Below are positions 48,665 to 62,669 of a DNA stretch of 64,000 nt, in pieces (the stretch's first letter is position 1; every line of letters begins with the position of its first letter). The position numbers and the translations under genes were made by a program. The notes under the pieces were generated by a model. That model made no database searches. It was not told where the DNA came from and saw nothing but the letters and a program-made list of their open reading frames with translations. The stretch spans positions 16,492,842-16,556,841 of the forward strand of contig JAUZTB010000068.1 in the NCBI GenBank assembly GCA_034780895.1. The letters are read 5' to 3'. The DNA is from Rhynchobatus australiae. Taxonomy: Eukaryota.

Positions 48665-51600
48665 CTATGAAGGGGAGGAGAGGGGGAAACACAAACTGCC
48701 ATATAAGTAGCACAGGAATAAACAAACAAAATCAAACATAATGTGACAGTTAAGGTATGTTGTGTGTCTATATACAGTGAGCTACAGATAAACTCTGCCA
48801 GCAATGTAACTGACCCAGTTACTACCCAATCCATCTAAAATACCCACAAATATGGTGTTTATTTCAACCAAATGATTTTCATAAGCATTTCATGTCATTT
48901 CTCATCATTATTGGGAATACCTTCAGCTGTGAATACTCAAAATTCTTTGACATCCTGGTCCTGATTGAACAATATAGCACCTGTTAGTAACTGAGTAATG
49001 GAACTTTATATATAAAGAATCTGGTTTGTCAAAAATATTACCTGGGTGCATTGTAGNNNNNNNNNNNNNNNNNNNNNNNNNNNNNNNNNNNNNNNNNNNN
49101 NNNNNNNNNNNNNNNNNNNNNNNNNNNNNNNNNNNNNNNNNNNNNNNNNNNNNNNNTGTAGTGTTTCATATTTGAATAAATGCACATGTTGTTTTTAAAA
49201 ACAGACAACAAAAATCAGCCAACACTCTTAATTCAGCCTTACTATAAACAAAATCTTATCAGGTATCCACTTGGGACTGGAATCAACTGTAAGGCACCTG
49301 CAAAGCACATTTTTCTATATTAATAGCATAATAAAATGTTGTGGAGACAAAGAATGCTTTATTTTAAGAATGTCAACCAAACACTAAGTATATTTTTTCT
49401 ATATGCAATCAGTTTTGTGGCATCATTATTGCAAATATTATCCAGCATTGATAGCCAACCCTATTCACTAAAAATGAGTATCATGAACATTGGTTTCTAA
49501 CAACTACCCCAGAGTGTAAACCAGTCTTACAGATTTGATAATACATACAGTCATGAAACCACTGTGGTTTCCAAATTTTGTATGATAACACCCGAGGTGC
49601 CTTAAGATATCAGAGCATACATATTTTTGTGCAAAAGCGCTTCAACACAAATACCAATGTCTATTGCAGTCCCTCCTTCATAACATTTACTCCATTAATA
49701 GAAATTTGTTAATGAGATTTCTAATTTGTAAAAACACGAGTTTTCACACTGTACATCTGTAAGTCTCTAATCCAGATTGATTTTCATTCCTGTAAATCTG
49801 GTTCTGAGGTACTCTCTGTGAATATTTTATTGTAAACTAACATTGGGTCACCCTGCTTTGAAAGGAGGTAAACATACTAGAGATCATTTTGAAAAGCACC
49901 CCACCCACCCCCAAGTTTTTATCTTTGGTTCTCAAGATGCTGACTTGTGCTGAGGGATGATTCCACAGGAGCCGATAAACCTCCAGTAGCTAAAATAATA
50001 ATCCTCCATGCTCAACCCATGACTGCTAATACTACTAAGCCTTCTAGTCAAACCCAATCTCCTTGGACTAACGGCCGCACTCAGATACTTTCCAATAAGA
50101 ATTACAGGACAGCAATGAACACTATTACAGCTATAACCCCTCTGTTTAAGAAAAGGTGGACAAATATGAGTTCACCCACACTGGTAGGAAAAATAGAAAC
50201 ACTATTTTTTATAAATGGTGAATGACTGAAAGGCAGTGATGCCAGAGGGGCCTCAGTGACCTTGTATATGAATTACTGAAAATCAATGAGAGATACAGCA
50301 ATTTAGAGAGCCAATGGTTTATTCCAAGAAGAACTGAATGGAAGAGTAAAGATGTCTTACTCAATTATATACGGTCCTGGAATATCTTGGTCTCCCTCCC
50401 TGATGAGTGATATACTTGCCAAAGAGAATGCAAAGGTTCATTTGATGCTTGCCTGGGCAGAGGCAAGGATGAAAGATACTATTTTCCTTGAATGTCTTCA
50501 ATAAGGATTGCAAACTGAAAATAAGGGGTCAGCCTTTCACAATTCTGTCCCCTCCCTCCCCTCCTCCCACAAGAGGATAGTGAATCTTTCTAATTCTCTC
50601 CACAACAGCTCAGTTAGGAGTATATTCAAGGCAGANNNNNNNNNNNNNNNNNNNNNNNNNNNNNNNNNNNNNNNNNNNNNNNNNNNNNNNNNNNNNNNNN
50701 NNNNNNNNNNNNNNNNNNNNNNNNNNNNNNNNNNNNNNNNNNNNNNNNNNNNNNNNNNNNNNNNNNNNNNNNNNNNNNNNNNNNNNNNNNNNNNNNNNNN
50801 NNNNNNNNNNNNNNNNNNNNNNNNNNNNNNNNNNNNNNNNNNNNNNNNNNNNNNNNNNNNNNNNNNNNNNNNNNNNNNNNNNNNNNNNNNNNNNNNNNNN
50901 NNNNNNNNNNNNNNNNNNNNNNNNNNNNNNNNNNNNNNNNNNNNNNNNNNNNNNNNNNNNNNNNNNNNNNNNNNNNNNNNNNNNNNNNNNNNTGAAACTG
51001 AGACAAAGGATAATTATTCTGCTAGAATGTCAACCACACTTTTTTTTTATTGTCATGTGATTGTCACTGAGTATTGCAAAATACTCAGCGCTGTATTTGA
51101 AATCATAGAACTTGTAGCTCATATGGTTTTCAACTGACTCAGTCTACTCTAACTCTAATTTTCTACTAATTCAACAGTGTCATTACTTCAAGAAGTTGAT
51201 ATTTTTAAGACTAAACAATTTTAGTTCAGCTTCATTTCTGGATTGTCTATCATTTGTCTTGGACTTCAAATACAGACTTGTATTGCAGAAGGCAAGTTCA
51301 GTGCTGAGTGGAGAGGAATAACCTCTGCTGAGTGGAGGGTATTATCACCTCAGAACCATGAGCAATCTAGTCATTGCTGAATGTGATTTCTACAGCCCAG
51401 TCTCATGGACTAAAATTAATTATCTTAACTCAGAAAATAAAAATGGCCCAGATTAACCAGTGTAATGAACAAACGAATAGTAAACTCCCTCAAGCATCAG
51501 TTGTTTGATACTTCTATTTATTAATCCCAAACTATAACAGTATTTTAAAATTGAAATCACCAGTCTTTTATTCCTTGTGAGAATCTTATTTAAATTGCTG

Positions 51601-54600
51601 TAGTTCCTTTACCTCTTAGAAGCAATAAAAAAATACTTCTTTGTCTCCCATTCTAATACTCTCACTAATCATTTATGAGGGCAACAATTGATTGAAAACT
51701 GACAAAAAGTTCAGTTTTCAGCCAATTAAACTGCAAAATGTGATAGTCAATCTGATTGTGTCTTTGTATGTGATCAGAACGTTTTTTCCCTCAGGAGTAA
51801 TACCACTGAAGAGGCCAGCTACCATCAGATAAATAAACACTTCCATGTTAACTGAACCACCATGCAATCAGGGTTTAATTCAACCAAAAATGCAATTTTA
51901 AATACTATAAAGAGAATGGGTGAGAAGGTGTGAATCAGATTCACTTTGTCGTCTATTATCTAGCAGCTGCTGGCTTCAGGGGCANNNNNNNNNNNNNNNN
52001 NNNNNNNNNNNNNNAAAGAATCAATGGCAGGATACTGAAAATAACCAGATTTAAATGCAGTGTTAATATGATAGTGTATTTCAAGAATATGTTCATTGGT
52101 GATTAGGCAATGTCCATCCACAACAGAGCCTCTATGGCATCATACTTAGGAGGGACATAATTAAACAAAAAATGGTCTTTGCAAATTAAAACAAAGTATT
52201 ACAAGCAATTGTTACTAAAGACAAACTGGTACGACAGCGGCGTCCACATGTTGACAAAAATTCAAAGGATGCAGCATCTGATGTTTTTGACTTATTTCCT
52301 CATTCTCCCAAAGGTTTCTAAAGTCAATGCAACTTAACATCAAGTTGCATTTAACAATGTTACTAAACAAAATATCGAATTCATTAAACTAATTTATTCA
52401 AATACTACTTGGATGAATTGATGTCAAATTAATGGATCCACATTAGCTAAGCTCTTCAATTCAGTCACAAATTGTACAAAAGAACATGACTGAGAACCCA
52501 AAGTGTGAAAAGTGATACAAAAAAAATCAGAATATCACACACCAGCATGATTAGAGAAATATACACATCAGGTCAAAGCTGTTTCAACATCCTAATTAAT
52601 CAATTAGCAACCTCCCCACTTTTCAAAACTGCAGATATTAAATATCAGTCCCAGCGAGGAAGTAATCAGGTAAGGTGTTTGTGATTCAACCACACAGAAT
52701 GAAGTTATTGGAACAAATTAGTTTGTGAATGTGATTAACTAGAGAAGAAGCAGACTGTAGATTTGTACAAAATCAGTTTACGTGCTCATTAACCAAAGGA
52801 GAGACTGAAATAGTGTAATATAGATAATAAGAAACCTCAAGTAATACAAGACCTCCTAGCCCTGGTGTTGAGGGATCAAGCATCAAAAAGCAAAATGTTC
52901 AAAAGAATCTCTGTCCAGAATAGTAAGGATGATAGAAAATGTGATTACATTGAAGATTTGTTATTCCAGTTTCTTAGAGAATTGTTTCCAACTTGGCAGC
53001 AGTGGTTGCATATCCTTAATGAGGACCATCATATTAAAGATATTTTTAAAATCATTCTTCAAGTTGGTGACTTATGACCAGGTCATACCTAGGCAACATT
53101 CCACATAGTCCAGTGGTTGCAAATGTTGTAGGTGTACTGGAAGAGATTAGTTAGGCCATGGCCTGTTCAGGATTACAGGTTCTAATTCTATTGTGAAAGT
53201 TATAGCACATTTTGGTCTATTAACATTGAACCAATCAATGGGCAAGTCTTCCAATTCAGCATCTGCACTAACATCAGGACATACCTGTATTACTCATGGG
53301 TGTTGTCCAGCGATGGTGAGGACTGAAACTCAGCTGCACTTTCCACCTTTCTTGCTTGTGTTTCTGGCTGCTCCAGTGGACGCCTCACTGAGGCCAAAGG
53401 GACAGCCAAAACATCTGCAGCTTCCCAACTCTCATATTGTGCAACTAACCTTGTGCAATTATAGCAACCTCATCAGCTAATGGGAGAGGTGGAACTTTTT
53501 TTACATTTAATTTAATTAGTTTGAATGTTTTTAAGTTTTTTTAAATGTTTTTAATTTTCTAAACATATTCCTGACATGTCCTGGAAGATTTGCACGTCAA
53601 AGGCATTCATATACATTCAATAAAAGTGTCAGCTTTGTCAGCTAGTGAGCTTGAAGACAAGACCTCACTGACTGACAAAGCCATTGTGTGACTGCAGCCA
53701 GTTACATGAGCTAATAGTCCTTACGCTGCACTCCACCACACAGATTGCTGAGACCCTGGATCCCAGTTAATAACTGCACCAGAGCCATGCTGGAAGAAGC
53801 AGCATGACCTGGTGTGAAATTCTGTTCCATTCTGTCAAGCCAGGTGGTAAAATAGTTCTTTCCAAAGCATAATTTGATGCAACTACTCTAAAATGTCATT
53901 CCCCAGTGCAGTGGTCCAATGTATTTGAATTTTGTTCCATAAAGGGTCAGGATCTAAATGGTCAGGAAGTAGATCTAGGATCATACTTTCAAGGTCCTCC
54001 AACCTGAATACAATTAGTTTTAAAAGTACCAGCCTACAGGTGCAGATTAGCAGAATATTTGCAAGCTATCAATTGTTGGTTGTCCATGGTTTCACAAGGA
54101 CCATTATTGAATATATGCAAGCAAAATTGAACAGAAATAGCAAATTTCTTTCCTCAAGGATTATCAGCAAAACTATTGGATTTTTAAGAATAATCTATTA
54201 ACTTTCATCATAGGTTTTCTTGCATCCATTAAACTAGATTTCATAATTTCCATGGTTGGATGAGCATACATCTTCCAGCTTGTTCATCAACTATTATATA
54301 GTGGTCATTGGTTATGCATGGACGTCAACTATTCTTAAATCATGAAAGACATCACACCTCTCCAGATCTTGTGTCCACTTTTTACCATTAATCATTANNN
54401 NNNNNNNNNNNNNNNNNNNNNNNNNNNNNNNNNNNNNNNNNNNNNNNNNNNNNNNNNNNNNNNNNNNNNNNNNNNNNNNNNNNNNNNNNNNNNNNNNAAT
54501 CACAGTGTAGAGATCAGAAACCACAATCTTGTGCTTCTTTGGCCTAAAAATCATTTTCTATTTCTCAATCCAACATGTTCCTGATAAGGCTAACATTTGG

Positions 54601-54949
54601 CACTAAGTACAAGAACTCTTCACCAATTTTATTCATAAATGCCATTTTCTCAGATTTCCTATTCATAAGGTGGACACATTCTTCCAATCCAACATCACTC
54701 CAAAACCAAAAGTCACTAGTTTGTAGTCAAGCTGAGCTCTGAAAGCTGACATCTTACCACCATGTGTCGTTAAGGTTTTAAAACTGCACCACCCTGTACT
54801 TCTGTTGAAAAAAAAGTACATTCCCATCTCACCCAAGTTATTTCAAAGGTTTGCAATAAAAATAAAATATTTTTATTTTCTCCTCCAATTGCCCTTCAAG
54901 TCCCATGTGTGCCAGGAATTCCTTGAACTGAGGTGACGACAAACATGAA

Positions 54950-55320
54950 TTGGGAGGAGTGATCCACTCAGCCATCAAGGCTGCTCCACTATTTAACAAG
55001 ATCATGGTTGATTTGATTGTAAACTCTACTCTGGATCCCAGTCTACCTGCAGTAATCTTTCACCTCCAGCTTATCAAGAATCTATCTACTTGTATCTCCA
55101 CCATAAAAATATTAAAGACTCTCCTTCCACCACTCTGAGGAAGAGGGTGTCAGAGACTCATACCTTTAGAGAGAAAAACATTTCTGTTTTAAGTGGTCAA
55201 CCCCTTACAAACTAATTTCTAGATTCTTACAAGAAACATCATCTCCATATCAACCTGTCAAGACTCCTCAGGATTGTACATGTTTCAAATAAGTAACCTC
55301 TCACTCTTCTAAACTCCAGC
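54950..55320 (-). mobile_element. CR1-type LINE 3' end
   Basis: Homologous to 26410-26965 (ccactcagcc...aagatcatggttgatttgattgtaa). Confidence 0.65.
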
Positions 55321-55697
55321 AGAATCTTGTGAACACCTACCAATGAATAAATGATTTCATCTTAACCTTAAATTATCTATAATTAAACACTTTAGTTTGT
55401 CATTATACAAATGGCTGATAGATGACATAGACTAAAGGTTGATAACAAATGTTTTATAACATATTTATTCAACATTCCTGGTTAAAAAAAGAAAAGTTTA
55501 ATCTAAAAATTAATTGGATAGTAAAGCANNNNNNNNNNNNNNNNNNNNNNNNNNNNNNNNNNNNNNNNNNNNNNNNNNNNNNNNNNNNNNNNNNNNNNNN
55601 NNNNNNNNNNNNNNNNNNNNNNNNNNNNCCTGGTTAAACAAAGAAAAGTTTAAAGAAGTAACTTTTGTAGTTCTAACCTCTAATAGTCGTGACTCAC

Positions 55698-55792
55698 TTG
55701 CTCACAGTAGTCGTTGACCTCAATGTCGTCACTATTGGAATGTCCACCAGGACTCTGCACGTCAATCCCATGACTCTCCAGGATTGCTGCTT
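55698..55792 (-). CDS. HMBOX1-like exon, (E)AAILESHGIDVQSPGGHSNSDDIEVNDYCEQ
   Basis: tcaaag acceptor (tandem AAG-AAG-CAG), gtgagt donor, 95 nt. Confidence 0.93.
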
Positions 55793-56480
55793 CTTTGAAA
55801 AGAAGATTGATCAGAAACTAAACTTAACTTTTGAAATAAAAACTATGTTAAGTACCTTTCAAAAGCAAATCGAATTCTGAATCCATTAAAGTATGCTATC
55901 TTGCAGGGATGATTAGATAGCACTGATAAATAGAACCCCAAAGGTTCTGAGACCAATCACTGTGCTTTTCTGGTTACCTTAGCTGAAATAAAGTGCATCA
56001 GTGCAGACTGATCTTCTGCTTAGAATGTTTCTATCTACTGAGTTATTGTGGACCTCAAGTTTTTGTCTACAATTTGTTTAATTTTGAAAGAAATACAATA
56101 TTAAGAGTTCCACTAAGAAACTGTTGCTGCCATGTAGCCACTTTTACCAGTGGAGTTAGTTCTCAACAGAATGGCAGAAGTTTTACTCCAACTGCATCTG
56201 GTCAGTGCAGTTTTGTTTTCAGCGCTACGAGTTGAATGTCTGTCTGATTCTTGTAATGTCACAGCTAATATTTCATCTAAACATCAGTGGAGAGCTGCTG
56301 AAACTAGATGAGATCATAAAGTGAATATCCACTTAGCATTCAAGTATACAAATATAGGTACTGAGCAAATATTCTATGGACAGTAAAATCTTTAAAGAAC
56401 AATTCTGGCTGAGGTTTCAATAGCTACAAAATCTAAAATTGATTGTCCTTATGACCAAAGGACACAGGTAACTGCCTTAC

Positions 56481-56576
56481 CTATGTTTGCTCTTCTCTTC
56501 ATCTCCTTCCGACGATTGGCAAACCAGTTATACACTTTCAGAGGCGTAACTCGTTCAAACTCTGATAGTTTTTTAC
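56481..56576 (-). CDS. HMBOX1-like homeodomain helix-3 exon, (G)KKLSEFERVTPLKVYNWFANRRKEMKRRANI(E)
   Basis: actcag acceptor, gtaagg donor, 96 nt. VYNWFANRRKE is the HNF-class recognition helix. Confidence 0.96.
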
Positions 56577-57086
56577 CTGAGTAAAGAATATCGGGAAAGA
56601 CATTTATTAAAATAAAATCACAGAATAAACATACAAACTTAATATTGCAATTATCCAGTATCACCATTTTTCTATTTTTTTTGAGTAACCTGATTTGAAG
56701 GTAAGAATACAGACTCATTGATTACTTTGAGGCTCCTTACATGGCATCCATCAAGTGTATAAAGGAACCCACAATGACACCGTGGGCCATCCAAAATTTC
56801 TCCTAATTCACTGTAAGCAATGTCCTGTTTCTGTTCTGTATACTCTAGCAAAAGCTTGCCTAAGATCAGAACATTGACATGTAGAAACACAGATATACAC
56901 CCTTTTGTTTAAAACACAGCATGTTTGCATATCAGAACTCCATGCAACTTTATCACAAGTATTTTACAAAACACAAGTAGACATTAACAAATAGATCTGC
57001 TAATCTAATCTTCCATCTAATTACTTTATTCTGTTTACAATGACTCTACTTAACATCTTCTTTCTTCCATAAACTATCATTTAATA

Positions 57087-57398
57087 TACAGGCAGTTCCT
57101 GGGTTCTGTTTCTGAGAACANNNNNNNNNNNNNNNNNNNNNNNNNNNNNNNNNNNNNNNNNNNNNNNNNNNCACATATTGTATCACACAACATACACATT
57201 GTAATTCTTTCATTTCAATGAATAATCAGCCTTAGACTACCCATAATTAAACTAATGGAATATATACTGTATCCAGTTATTAGTGATACCATGAAATATT
57301 TTATTACTACTAACTTGAAAAATGCTTTAAAAATATATTGGAGAATTGGCATCAGATTTCAGTAACTCAAGTCATTCGTAACCTGGGGGTCCCCTCTG
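57087..57398. mobile_element. Possible Tigger/pogo-like MITE remnant, partly in a gap
   Basis: TAcaggcagttcctgggtt... and ...ttcgtaacctgggggtcccctctg form imperfect inverted termini. Confidence 0.45.
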
Positions 57399-57969
57399 TT
57401 ATTGAACTGAAGATAGCAGCTTTATTAAAATGCTCAGCCAATCTTTCCAGTTCTTAGTTCCCCAAGATAACATTTCAAATGGTTGCCCACATTAAATCCA
57501 TAGTTGTTTTTGAGAATGCACATTTTTTGGAGCAAAGTGAAATTTTAAGACATTCAGTGGTTAAAGAAATTTAAATGCATCCTTTGTATTGGGAGTTAAC
57601 AGTATTACGTGTCAAAGTTTCATATAACTACAACTCACAGATATAATATTTTCCCCAAAAGGCTAATTACATCACATTTATAACACTTTCCCCATATATG
57701 AATTATATAAATCTTTCCACAAACAATACAATTTATTTGGAAATGTACACAGTTTGAAATTTAAATATTATACAGATAATTTTCAAAGTGTTCAACTCAA
57801 GTGCTGTACCACTAATCAAATTTTCATTAATAAGATATACTGCTGTGTACTTTAATGATGTTTGCAACACCTCGTAAATTAAACTAGGCACTTCATGAAT
57901 TTTTCTCACTGATTTCTTGCTTTTTTTTAAAATAACTGCAGATGATGAATGGCTGCAGATGCTGCTTAC

Positions 57970-58052
57970 CTGGTTTTTGTATGACTGTATTGCAAGCATT
58001 TGCAATTTCCTCACGCTTTGCCTCATCAGGATACTGATTTTCACCAAAATAA
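57970..58052 (-). CDS. HMBOX1-like homeodomain exon, (S)YFGENQYPDEAKREEIANACNTVIQKP(G)
   Basis: ttacag acceptor, gtaagc donor, 83 nt, phase 2 to 1. Confidence 0.95.
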
Positions 58053-58757
58053 CTGTAAAGTATTGAAATGAAAAAGTACAATGATACACTTTTTGAAGCT
58101 GGCATATTTTAATTATAATGCTTAGATGACTGCAATTAAATCAGACAAATATTGAAATGCTTTGTCATTCTTACATGAAATTGGTTATGCAGTATCTGTA
58201 AACATGTGGCTGTTGGATAATGCGCAACCTATCTCCAGCTGTGAAGTAAATTGAGTTCTCAAGTGCTTTTTTCTGGTAAATAAGAATTCTAAGGCACAAA
58301 TTCTGCACTGCCAAAGGTGGCCATGATACTTTGACCAGAAACATAATCAACACACAACTAGCCACCAATCTGATATGCATGGCATGACTAGAAATCTTTA
58401 ATTAACTTCACATCGCACAAAATGAGTTCACAGTTGAATGAGATCTGTTGTGTCAACAGCTCAGTCAATCTGGTCATTTTGNNNNNNNNNNNNNNNNNNN
58501 NNNNNNNNNNNNNNNNNNNNNNNNNNNNNNNNNNNNNNNNNNNNNNNNNNNNNNNNNNNNNNNNNNNNNNNNNNNNNNNNNNNNNNNNNNNNNNNNNNNN
58601 NNNNNNNNNNNNNNNNNNNNNNNNNNNNNNNNNNNNNNNNNNNNNNNNNNNNNNNNNNNNNNNNNNNNNNNNNNNNNNNNNNNNNNNNNNNNNNNNNNNN
58701 NNNNNNNNNNNNNNNNNNNNNNNNNNNNNNNNNNNNNNNNNNNNNNNNNNNNNNNNN

Positions 58758-59035
58758 CTGCTCTGCCATTCAATAAGATCATGGCTGATCTGGCTGTGGA
58801 CTCAGCTCCACCTACCTGCCTTTTCCCCATAACCCTTAATTCCCCGACTATGCAAACATCTATCTGTGTCTTAAATACATTTAATGAGGTAATTTCTACT
58901 GCTTCTGTGGGCAGAGAATTCCACAGATGCACTACTCTCTGGGTAAAGCAGTTAGTCCTCATCTCTGTCCAACATCCACTCCCCGAATCTTGATGCTTTA
59001 TCCTCTAGTTCTAGTATCACCTACCAGTGGAAACT
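58758..59035 (-). mobile_element. Relatively young CR1-type LINE 3' end
   Basis: Minus ORF RTNCFTQRVVHLWNSLPTEAVEITSLNVFKTQID is the CR1 ORF2 C-terminus. Confidence 0.85.
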
Positions 59036-59871
59036 ATTTTTTTCTCTGATTACTTATTTTTAACTGTACGAAGTGAAAAATCTAACTGGTCGACAAGCCA
59101 AAAGTAGTGGTATTATTAACGTATCATGATCACTGTGTATTCTTTGGGACAAAGGCAGCTGATGGCAGATTTAATTGGTATAAGATTAAGAGGCATAGAC
59201 ACAGTGATCAGGGAAGCCCTACCTTCCTTACACAGGATGCTAATAACTAGAGGACATAGACATAAGGTTTTATCTAGAAGGATTAGAGAGGAGTTAAGGA
59301 AATTATTTTTCACCCAGGATGGTGGGTGCCTGAAAGGATGGTAAAGGAGGAAGTCACCATCACATTTTAACAAATGGATTTGAGTTGGCATAACTTAGAA
59401 AACTACAGACCAGGAGTCGGTAAGTGGAGTTAATCAAAATAGCTACTTTTTAGGTGGCACAAACACAATGGGTGTGATTAGCTTCATTTTATGCGACGAG
59501 TTTCCAAGATTTCATGTTATTGAGACACAAGGTGCATTCAGCTACTATCATGGTAGTAAACAACCAGAAATGGGTGACAAGTTATAATTTCTCCTTACAT
59601 TTTTATCCCTTAGTTCTCTTCTCTTGTTGCATGATACCTTAAATGGAGCAACCCCATTAATATCATTAGTCATTTGCTCTTCTTATGGAAATCTGAACAC
59701 AAGACCAATCTTTATTCACCCTAGTTCAAAATATGCAAAAAACACCACTTGTTGGTTAGCACCTGGAAACCTATTATCCTTTGTCCAGCCTAGTTTAATA
59801 TACGACACAAATCCAAATATGCACAGATATGAAGAAGTCTTGAAATGACCACTACCCTTCCTCCTACCAAC

Positions 59872-60019
59872 CTTTCCATGACAGACAGGCACTCTTTGCG
59901 CCAAGTAAATCTACTTCCTCTTCTGAGACGAAAGTTTCCAGTCACCGGACTGACATTTGATCGCCACTCAGGATCTTCTGTTGTTGTGGTTGAAACTGGC
60001 CTCATACTTAAAGTAGCAC
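59872..60019 (-). CDS. HMBOX1-like exon, (G)ATLSMRPVSTTTTEDPEWRSNVSPVTGNFRLRRGSRFTWRKECLSVME(S)
   Basis: atttag acceptor, AG|gttggt donor, 148 nt. FRLRRGSRFTWRKEC homeodomain N-arm. Confidence 0.93.
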
Positions 60020-61640
60020 CTAAATGGATAAAAAGACACAGTAATGATGGTTATATTTATGTTGATTTTACTAAATTATTTCAAACTTGTCCAGATGATG
60101 AAAAATAGCTGAGTTTTATATAATAAGGAAAATTAACAAAGCCCATAGAGGAAGATGTAATGCAGAATAAACTATTGCATTATTTATTTATTTTTGGAAA
60201 TATAGCGATTTTTATGTCTATGTCTTGCACTTTACTCCTGCCATAAAACAACAAATTTCACGACATAGGTCAGTGATAATAAACATGATTCTGACTACTG
60301 ATGAAATGTTTGTTTCCTATGGTTTTCTGTTAAATCTTAAAAACATATCTTACATTATGAAGCATAATTATGTTTACACAATTATAGAAATGCATTTTAT
60401 TTGTATCGTTATGGAAGCCAACATGATCCATAGGTGGATATGGCCATTTTATATGTTTCACTTTGCTACTGAGTTCTAATAGTCTGAGGGGAACACTGCC
60501 ACTGAAGGGCCTTTCAATTAGTGCTGGGTTACTTCCACTTGTCTGTAGTCAAAAAAAAAGCAGCTTGAAGGACCAGTTCCCTAATCCTTCCCTGATGGAA
60601 TTTAGTTATTAGTTGCATTACTTAAATGTTCTTTACAATGTAATGCAAGTAATTTCCTCAAACACAGAGCACAGAATTGTTACAGCAGAGGAAGAAGTCT
60701 ACACCAGAAAACAACAGCACCACCAATATCATCCCCAGACTTCTCCATCACTGGGCTGTCCAGTATAATGAGGGGCCCAATAACTCATGGAGAGGGGTAC
60801 ATGTTGCATTGAGCTAGGCCATACTGCTGCCCAAGACAATCAGTGCAATCAATCCCAACAGCAATTAATTGTCAAGAAGCAAACCAATGAGTCAAAGTGT
60901 CTTTCCTGAAATAAAGTATCCATGGATGGGCTGGTAACCGACAGAAGGGAAAATGTTAAATTGTTCATAGTAGAATGGGATAGTTGCTAGACTGAGCTCA
61001 CTGTTACTCTGCCTCACTTTCACATTCGAAGTGTGGTCCCTGCACTGCATGTGCCTTCCAGCATTGTCCAAAAGGGCTATCCTATGGGAGATGTACTGCT
61101 TCACTTATTACAGATATTGACAAGGAACAAAAATCCCAATAAAATCATTGCTTTGTTTCAAGTACCATTAACCGGAAGAAACAAGAACAACACTGGTGTA
61201 GGAATATCTTATTTAGCCTCATGAACCTTTTCTGTTATTCAGTTGGATTACTGTTGTTATGAAGTTCAATTCTGTTTTTCTGTCTTTCTCCCATATCCCC
61301 TGACATCCCCAACTAAAAAAGATTCAGAATATTTAAAATTTAAACTGACATTGGATACATATCCTTTTTAGAGAGAGAAAAAAAAAATCTGCATTTACTT
61401 CTTGCTTAATTCCGAATAGACTAGCTTTAGTTTAAATGTATACCCACTAATTCTGGATTTTCTCATCATATACAGATAAGCATTCTCTATCTATTCTTTT
61501 TGTCATCATTTTATCACTTAAAGACCTCAAATACTACCCTTCTACATTCTAAACTCAAGCAAATACAAACCAAGATAATGCAGAAAGAACCCATTTCCCT
61601 TCACAGAGAGGTCAAAAATGAGGTGGCATGCACTTACAAG

Positions 61641-62050
61641 TACAGTGAAAGCTCTATTATCCAACATATGCATTAATTATGCAGGTTATCCGCCCTATTA
61701 TTTGTACCAATCTATTATATTAAGTAACTGTCATTATCCATACTTCATTGTGCAGCAGTAAATCAACTTCACCTCAGCAAATTAAACATTTTTTTTTAAA
61801 TGGGGAAGTTAATACCCAGCTTCTCAGCAGACAGCATTATCTGGCTATTCTGGTGGTGGTATAGGAGGTCTCTCAGCACTATCCCAATTTTGGCCCAAGA
61901 GATCCCTCAGTACTTTCCCAATGTCAGGCCAGGATTTCCACAGTGCTCCCCAGTGTCAGTCTGGGGTTCCCATCACACTGCCCTGATATTGGCTGTGAAG
62001 TGCCAGTTACAGAAGCACAACAGTTGTTGGATAATCAGACTTTAACTGTA
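61641..62050. mobile_element. Tc1/mariner (Tigger/pogo-type) MITE with ~24-bp terminal inverted repeats and TA target duplication
   Basis: Left end TAcagtgaaagctctattatccaaca. Reverse complement of the right end is TAcagttaaagtctgattatccaaca. Confidence 0.75.
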
Positions 62051-62669
62051 ATCAGTTAAAGGATTAGAGGGAAGATGAAAAGTATTTTCACTCATAGGGC
62101 AGGAAGAGTCTGGAATTCACTGCCCAAAATGGTAGTAGAGGCAGAAACCCTCGTCACAAGTTGTGGAATATATAATTGAAAAGCTGTGACCTGCAAGATT
62201 ATAGCCCTCGTGCTGGAAGGGAGGATTAAACTGGTTGTTCTTTCAACCAGTACAGACACAATGGACCGAATGTTCTCTTTCTGAATTGTAATCTTTCAAA
62301 AGGAAACTATTTAGTACAGAATATGGTCTAGTATTGTTGATATTGCTCTTCATTCTAATTTTTCTGAAGGTTTTACTGACCACCGTCTGCTTTGTTCTGC
62401 TTTATGAGAGAGGAACTTTGCAGAAGTCTCCTAATTAATTTTAATGCAACAAGGTCAATTGTGGAAGCATTTTATTCATTTTATTTTGTTTGGCAAGTAC
62501 TAATGATATAAAAATAATTAGCTTGCTTAAATTACTGAGGAGTTTGATGGACATGTACTCTGAAACAGCAACTCTGAAACACCCATCTGAAGCTTAGTTA
62601 ACTCCAAGGTTAAGTTTGGTTCCCAAACAATCTAGTTCATTTATTCTTCCAGCCTATTAGTTATTTAAG

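Noticed and set aside
50508-51137. Long ORFs containing X runs (also 18390-18909, 38591-39026, 41608-42087, 58422-58993)
   Set aside because: They are open only because N gaps contain no stop codons.
52326-52351. 10-bp perfect stem-loop (aatgcaactt/aagttgcatt)
   Set aside because: Short AT-rich inverted repeats of this size can arise by chance in 64 kb, and there is no supporting context.
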